A stretch of 64,000 bases of DNA from an uncultured Hormoscilla sp. (GTDB lineage Bacteria > Cyanobacteriota > Cyanobacteriia > Cyanobacteriales > Desertifilaceae). Under the pieces are notes generated by a model. It ran no database searches, was not told where the DNA came from, and was given only the letters and a program-made list of their open reading frames with translations. Made by a program: the position numbers and the translations under genes. Below, in pieces: positions 59,210 to 64,000 of the stretch. The stretch lies in contig OZ001293.3 of assembly GCA_963921275.4 (NCBI GenBank), positions 2,656,001 to 2,720,000 on the forward strand, read 5' to 3'. Position 1 is the first letter of the stretch. Every line of letters begins with the position of its first letter.

Positions 59210-59864
59210 TATCTAGCTGCATCGGACCGAGGTACTTGCTCAAGTAAGGGGAAAAAACCTCATAAATTAGAGTGAGGGGGCGTCCATGATGCCAAAACAG
59301 GTAGTGACGCCCCCAAAACGGTCCTCGCTGTCCAAAAGCACAGTCTAAGGCCGGTTCCTGACCATAGTAAATTCCTTGAACATCTCGATATAACTCGGTC
59401 CGCAGGCGAGCCAGACTTGCCCAAATAGGCAAAGATCGATTCTGCAAATACTCATCTACATGGCTGGCTTCCCACCAAGAAGTAGCATAGGCCAACCGCT
59501 GTCCAGAAGCGGTTCGCAGCCACACTTGACGCCGAAGTCGTGGCCCGGGAACTCTGTGAATTTGCACGGGAGCACCATCTGCATCCATACCAATATGAGA
59601 CATATCGATCACGTCCACCTCAGTTGGTTCGCCCGTGAGCAGTTGCAGGTGGCGTGTCGGGGAACCATCTCCCAGCAGCAGCATTTGCCATGCCGGTGCT
59701 AGCTGGCTATGAGGCAATCCTTGCTGAACGATTTCCTCTCCCCCCTGCCAAAGGGGTGTCAGAGCATGCCATGGGGTGGTTCGATGTCCCTCGGGAGCGC
59801 TAAAAGCACTACCCGAGGGACATCGAAGCGTGACTTGATTGCTGGGTCTAATAATGAAGTACAA
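59199..59864 (-). CDS. Chorismate pyruvate-lyase (DUF98/Ycf21-like); start uncertain
   Basis: LLGDGSPTRHL, RRQVWL, LAYA.SWW, WGRHY, IYEVFSP. Confidence 0.85.
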   Translation of the reverse strand: MYFIIRPSNQVTLRCPSGSAFSAPEGHRTTPWHALTPLWQGGEEIVQQGLPHSQLAPAWQMLLLGDGSPTRHLQLLTGEPTEVDVIDMSHIGMDADGAPVQIHRVPGPRLRRQVWLRTASGQRLAYATSWWEASHVDEYLQNRSLPIWASLARLRTELYRDVQGIYYGQEPALDCAFGQRGPFWGRHYLFWHHGRPLTLIYEVFSPYLSKYLGPMQLDING

Positions 59865-60017
59865 GAGTTCTTTACATAACTTTACCTTCTATTTCATGAT
59901 AACAATCTTGGCTAATTCACTTTGCTGATCAGAATATATTTGGGCTGCACTCGATCTGCACCAGAGCCACCTCTGACCAAAAAGACAGAGGTCACTACTC
60001 CTGGGCCAATTAAAAAA

Positions 60018-60099
60018 TGCGGATGGCGAGACTCGAACTCGCAAGGCTTGCGCCACACGCCCCTCAAACGTGCGCGTATACCAATTCCGCCACATCCGC
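60018..60099 (-). tRNA. tRNA-Leu(GAG)
   Basis: GCGGATGTGGCGGAATTGG...TTGAGGG anticodon loop, long variable arm, GTTCGAGTC T loop; TTGACA-N17-TCTAAT upstream. Confidence 0.95.
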
Positions 60100-60230
60100 T
60101 TGATGTCCCTTGATAGGCATTAGAAACTAGAATATCATGCCTGTCAAGGGATTAAGGGGGAGATAACTAATCTGACTCCCATCTGCGAGATCGAGGGTAA
60201 TCAGTCTATTATACTCTCTACAAGCATAAT

Positions 60231-61101
60231 GGATGGGGTCGAGCCGGGAATCGCTTCCCGACCCTCCCTTTCGGAACCGGACTTGCGATTTTCACCGCAT
60301 CCGGCTACTGGGTACTAGGCCCTTTTCATAGGTAGACTTAATAGGAATTACTTCCGTTAGCCCTTGCCGCCTGTCTTTTCTTCCCTTTCCTGGTTTAGCG
60401 AGTGGTTGTTCTGATAACCGTTAGTATCACCATTTTCAAGTCAGTTTTACCAGTTATCCATACCTTATCCTCCACTTGCGTTTCGGATTAGTTCCGTGGC
60501 TTTTTAGGATTACTCATTCCAGCAGCTTCCTAGTATCACCGACCCACGTCAGCGCTGGCTACCCAGCATCATCTACATTACTGTAGATGTTATCCCAGGA
60601 ATTACCCCGGGCATTCGCTTCTTGGGCCATCCCTCCCCCCGTGGCTTGCGCTTAACATCTAACTTGTCCTGATGGACAGCACACGAGAGGTTACTTCGTT
60701 CCCTAACAACATTTCGCGATACCTTTAGGTCCACACTATACCCCGGGAGCTATTTGAGTACTATATTAGCCAGAGTCTAAAACTAATACTAGCTACCATT
60801 TCCTTTTTAGGCCAGCGCATATAGCCTTATTTCGCTGGTTCCTTATAACGAGGCTTGCACATGTTTGCCTGCTCTAACCTTGGATATCTTTCCTAGCGGC
60901 GTCACCGGCTTAGGCTGCCAGTTATCCTACATTTGAGTCCTCGCTTAGCACCACGATGATGTCGCTTCGTAGCACCGAGGACCGGTGTCACCCCCGTACC
61001 TGGGGGGAGGGGAATTTAACCCCCATGCGGTCAGAGTTCCCGGCTAATGAAACCGGGCTAGCGTTCCGTGTTTGACCACGTTAGGCTAGAACGAATCGCA
61101 C
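60231..61101 (-). mobile_element. ORF-less group II intron (family B, copy 2)
   Basis: 871 nt; about four substitutions versus 22073-22943 seen by eye. Confidence 0.92.
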
Positions 61102-61255
61102 AGACTGATTAAGAGTAAGTCAAGTTATCTTTTACTTGACCGCTTACCAGGAGAGATACCCTGCCAGAGCGTTCGTCTCCTGATTATAGATCGCGATCTT
61201 CCTTCTTGTCCTCTCAAGCTTCTATGCTAACAGATACAGCGCCAAAAGCCCAAAG

Positions 61256-62599
61256 ATGTGTTTTGACAAAGTTCTGATTGCCAACCGAGGAGAAATAGCC
61301 CTCCGCATTCTCCGCAGCTGCGCAGAAATGGGGATTTCCACTGTTGCGGTGTATTCTACGATCGACCAGCACGCCCTTCACGTGCAGCTGGCAGACGAAG
61401 CGGTTTGTATCGGTGAACCTCCGAGCAGCAAAAGTTATCTGAATATTCCCAATATCATTGCCGCCGCCCTGACAACAAATGCTACGGCCATTCATCCGGG
61501 CTACGGCTTTTTAGCAGAAAATGCCAAATTTGCAGAAATTTGTGCCGCTCACCAAATTGCTTTCATTGGTCCAACTGCTACAGCTATCCGGGCGATGGGA
61601 GATAAATCCACCGCTAAGGAAACCATGCAACGAGCCTCTGTACCAACCGTTCCTGGCAGTGAGGGACTGGTGGCAGATGAAACAGCCGCCCTTGCTATCG
61701 CCCAGGAGATTGGCTATCCGGTCATGATTAAAGCTACAGCCGGTGGCGGTGGACGAGGGATGCGCCTGGTGCGGTCTGAAAGTGAACTGGTTAAACTCTG
61801 GCAAGCGGCCCAGGGAGAAGCGGAAGCGGCCTTCGGTAATGCTGGGGTCTATATAGAAAAATTTATCGAGAGCCCCCGCCACATCGAATTTCAAATTCTG
61901 GCCGACAACAATGGGAATGTCATCCACCTGGGAGAACGAGATTGTTCCATCCAGCGGCGTCATCAGAAGCTGTTGGAAGAAGCCCCCAGTCCCGCCCTCA
62001 CCCCAGAACTGCGCTCGAAAATGGGTCAGGCGGCGGCGATCTCGGCCCAGTCCATCAACTACACTGGGGCAGGCACCGTAGAATTTCTCCTGGACAAAAA
62101 TGGCCATTTTTACTTCATGGAGATGAACACCCGCATTCAAGTCGAGCATCCGGTTACGGAAATGATTTGCTCTCTTGATTTGATTGCCGAACAAATCCGG
62201 ATTGCCTCGGGAGAGAACCTACCCCTAACCCAAGAGGAAGTGGTTTTGCGGGGTCATGCGATCGAATGTCGGATCAATGCCGAAGACCCCGATCTCAACT
62301 TCCGTCCCCATCCCGGGCGAATTAGTGGTTATCTGCCTCCCGGTGGCCCCGGCGTCCGCATGGATTCTCACGTCTACACAGATTATGAAATCCCACCGTA
62401 CTATGATTCCTTAATCGGCAAATTAATTGTCTGGGGACATGACCGGTCGGCTGCGATTAAACGGATGAAACGGGCCTTGCGAGAATGTGCCATTACTGGT
62501 ATACCAACCACGATTGCTTTCCATCAAAAGATTCTGGAGACATCAGCATTCAAAGAAGGTGAGGTCTACACCAATTTTGTCGAACAGCACTTCGGCTAG
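61256..62599 (+). CDS. accC: Acetyl-CoA carboxylase biotin carboxylase
   Basis: [36 protein letters not shown]. Confidence 0.98.
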   Translation: MCFDKVLIANRGEIALRILRSCAEMGISTVAVYSTIDQHALHVQLADEAVCIGEPPSSKSYLNIPNIIAAALTTNATAIHPGYGFLAENAKFAEICAAHQIAFIGPTATAIRAMGDKSTAKETMQRASVPTVPGSEGLVADETAALAIAQEIGYPVMIKATAGGGGRGMRLVRSESELVKLWQAAQGEAEAAFGNAGVYIEKFIESPRHIEFQILADNNGNVIHLGERDCSIQRRHQKLLEEAPSPALTPELRSKMGQAAAISAQSINYTGAGTVEFLLDKNGHFYFMEMNTRIQVEHPVTEMICSLDLIAEQIRIASGENLPLTQEEVVLRGHAIECRINAEDPDLNFRPHPGRISGYLPPGGPGVRMDSHVYTDYEIPPYYDSLIGKLIVWGHDRSAAIKRMKRALRECAITGIPTTIAFHQKILETSAFKEGEVYTNFVEQHFG

Positions 62600-62877
62600 T
62601 GCATCATGGTTATTAATCCCTGCTGACCGAGGAGAATTTCTCCCATGAGGGTGAGGATCGCCACCCAAATAATCGGGGTAATGTCTACGCCACCCAAAGG
62701 AGGCACGATTTGGCGCAACGGCACTAACAAGGGTTCCGTAGGCCAAGCAATCAGATTAAAGGGCAAACGATTCAGATTCACCTGAGGATACCAGGTCAGG
62801 ACGATCCGGAAGATGAAGGCAAAGATCATCAGTCCCAGGACTGGACCGAGGACAAGGCTAGCAATGCTCGCAAACAT
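62596..62877 (-). CDS. YggT family membrane protein
   Basis: [24 protein letters not shown]. Confidence 0.92.
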   Translation of the reverse strand: MFASIASLVLGPVLGLMIFAFIFRIVLTWYPQVNLNRLPFNLIAWPTEPLLVPLRQIVPPLGGVDITPIIWVAILTLMGEILLGQQGLITMMH

Positions 62878-62987
62878 GGGTCAATATATGATTGTCAGAT
62901 ATAATCGGGAGTCAAGAAACTGTTCAATATTGTGACAGATGGTTTAAATTAAGATTTAAGCAATTCTAGTGACAGAGGGTGAGGATT

Positions 62988-63107
62988 ATGACTCCTTCGT
63001 TGACAAATTTTTTTTTGAGCCTATTATTGGGGGGCGTGATTGTGGTCATTCCCGTAACGGTGTCGCTGATATTTATCAGCCAAAAGGATAAGATTATTCG
63101 GTCCTAG
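62988..63107 (+). CDS. psbX: Photosystem II protein X
   Basis: Manual translation [39 protein letters not shown]; too short for the ORF track. Confidence 0.93.
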   Translation: MTPSLTNFFLSLLLGGVIVVIPVTVSLIFISQKDKIIRS

Positions 63108-63293
63108 ACCAATAGGCACTGAATAACCTTCCTCGTGGGGTCTCGACAGCTGTAGAGATCTGATAGACTGAGGTGGACAAGCGGTAGCTCGGGGTAGTAA
63201 ACTAACGGCAGAACCCGGGAGTTTACTACCCCCGCTGTCAAGTGAGAAGAGACCCAACTGCCACAAAGATAAAACAGGCTGAGGAGAAATGGA

Positions 63294-64000
63294 ATGGTAA
63301 ACATTGGACTGAATCCAGGTGCTATGCTGGGCATTGTCCTGTTTGGGGCAGGGGCTGGGTTATATTTTATGCGATCGGTCCGTCCCGAGTTAGCCCGCGA
63401 TCACGATATATTCTTTATGGCAGTGGCTATACTCAGTGGCGGCATTCTGTTTTTTCAAGGATGGCGGCTGGATCCGATCCTGACTTTCGGTCAGTTCCTG
63501 CTGACGGGATCGGCGATTTTTTTTGCGGTCGAAAGCATTCGTCTGAGAGGGTTAGCTACTTCACAAGCTAAGCGGAATACGCCAATTGTGGATTACGATC
63601 GACCTGTAAGCCGTGTTTATGAGGCGGAACTAGATGACTTTGAACTAGAAGACGATCCGCAGATGACCCGTAGGATGATCGGAACTAGGGAAGGCAGGAA
63701 TACCGGTGTGGACGAATACGATGACGATCTGCCTAGATCGAGCACAACTAGACGTTCGACTTCGAGGTCTCTCGGGAGCGCTACTCGCACTACCCGAGAG
63801 ACCTCGACTCGTACTAGACCAGGTGGTGGTTCAACGGCCAGACGGAGTACTTCGATGTCCGACGGGCGCGCTACTCGCACTACCGGTCGGACATCGACGC
63901 GGCGTCCGCGTCCGACCACAGACCGGAGAATTAGGGATGCTGATGATTGGGAAACACCGAAAGATACTTACGGACGAAGCAGTGAAAATGACTCGCCTAG
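63294..64000 (+). CDS. ycf66: Ycf66 family protein, partial, with two in-frame 46-nt hairpin inserts
   Basis: LYF.R..RPELARDHDIFF, FQGWRLDPIL.FGQ, ESIRLR; open to window end. Confidence 0.9.
   Translation, partial: MVNIGLNPGAMLGIVLFGAGAGLYFMRSVRPELARDHDIFFMAVAILSGGILFFQGWRLDPILTFGQFLLTGSAIFFAVESIRLRGLATSQAKRNTPIVDYDRPVSRVYEAELDDFELEDDPQMTRRMIGTREGRNTGVDEYDDDLPRSSTTRRSTSRSLGSATRTTRETSTRTRPGGGSTARRSTSMSDGRATRTTGRTSTRRPRPTTDRRIRDADDWETPKDTYGRSSENDSP

Noticed and set aside
59889..60095. 68-aa ORF MWRNWYT...
   Set aside because: Overlaps tRNA-Leu

Overview
Chromosomal window from a cyanobacterium, judged from dense HIP1 GCGATCGC octamers, psbX and ycf66; a filamentous lineage is likely but is inference. 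Intact housekeeping genes (leuB, galE, pap/ppk2, eda, hemB, purL, purF, chorismate lyase, tRNA-Leu(GAG), accC, YggT, psbX, ycf66, ABC transporters) alternate with decaying accessory DNA: about eight type II toxin-antitoxin modules, a broken DUF6603-type locus, a broken RTX/cadherin adhesin gene, IS982 and IS5 elements, MITEs and REPs, and a Zur-type zinc-starvation cluster. Three things stand out. (1) Three ORF-less group II introns, two nearly identical, whose 3' ends can be reconstructed from their target sites and appear non-canonical. (2) A family of 46-nt hairpin micro-elements with a conserved 16-nt loop and co-varying 15-bp stems, sitting in frame inside conserved genes, plus 51-nt and 21-nt relatives. 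(3) Unrelated cargo genes repeatedly bracketed by long, diverged direct repeats, including a promoter-bearing module reused three times at 12.7-17.8 kb. No reverse transcriptase, integrase or CRISPR-Cas gene is visible. Family names come from motif recognition, not database searches.
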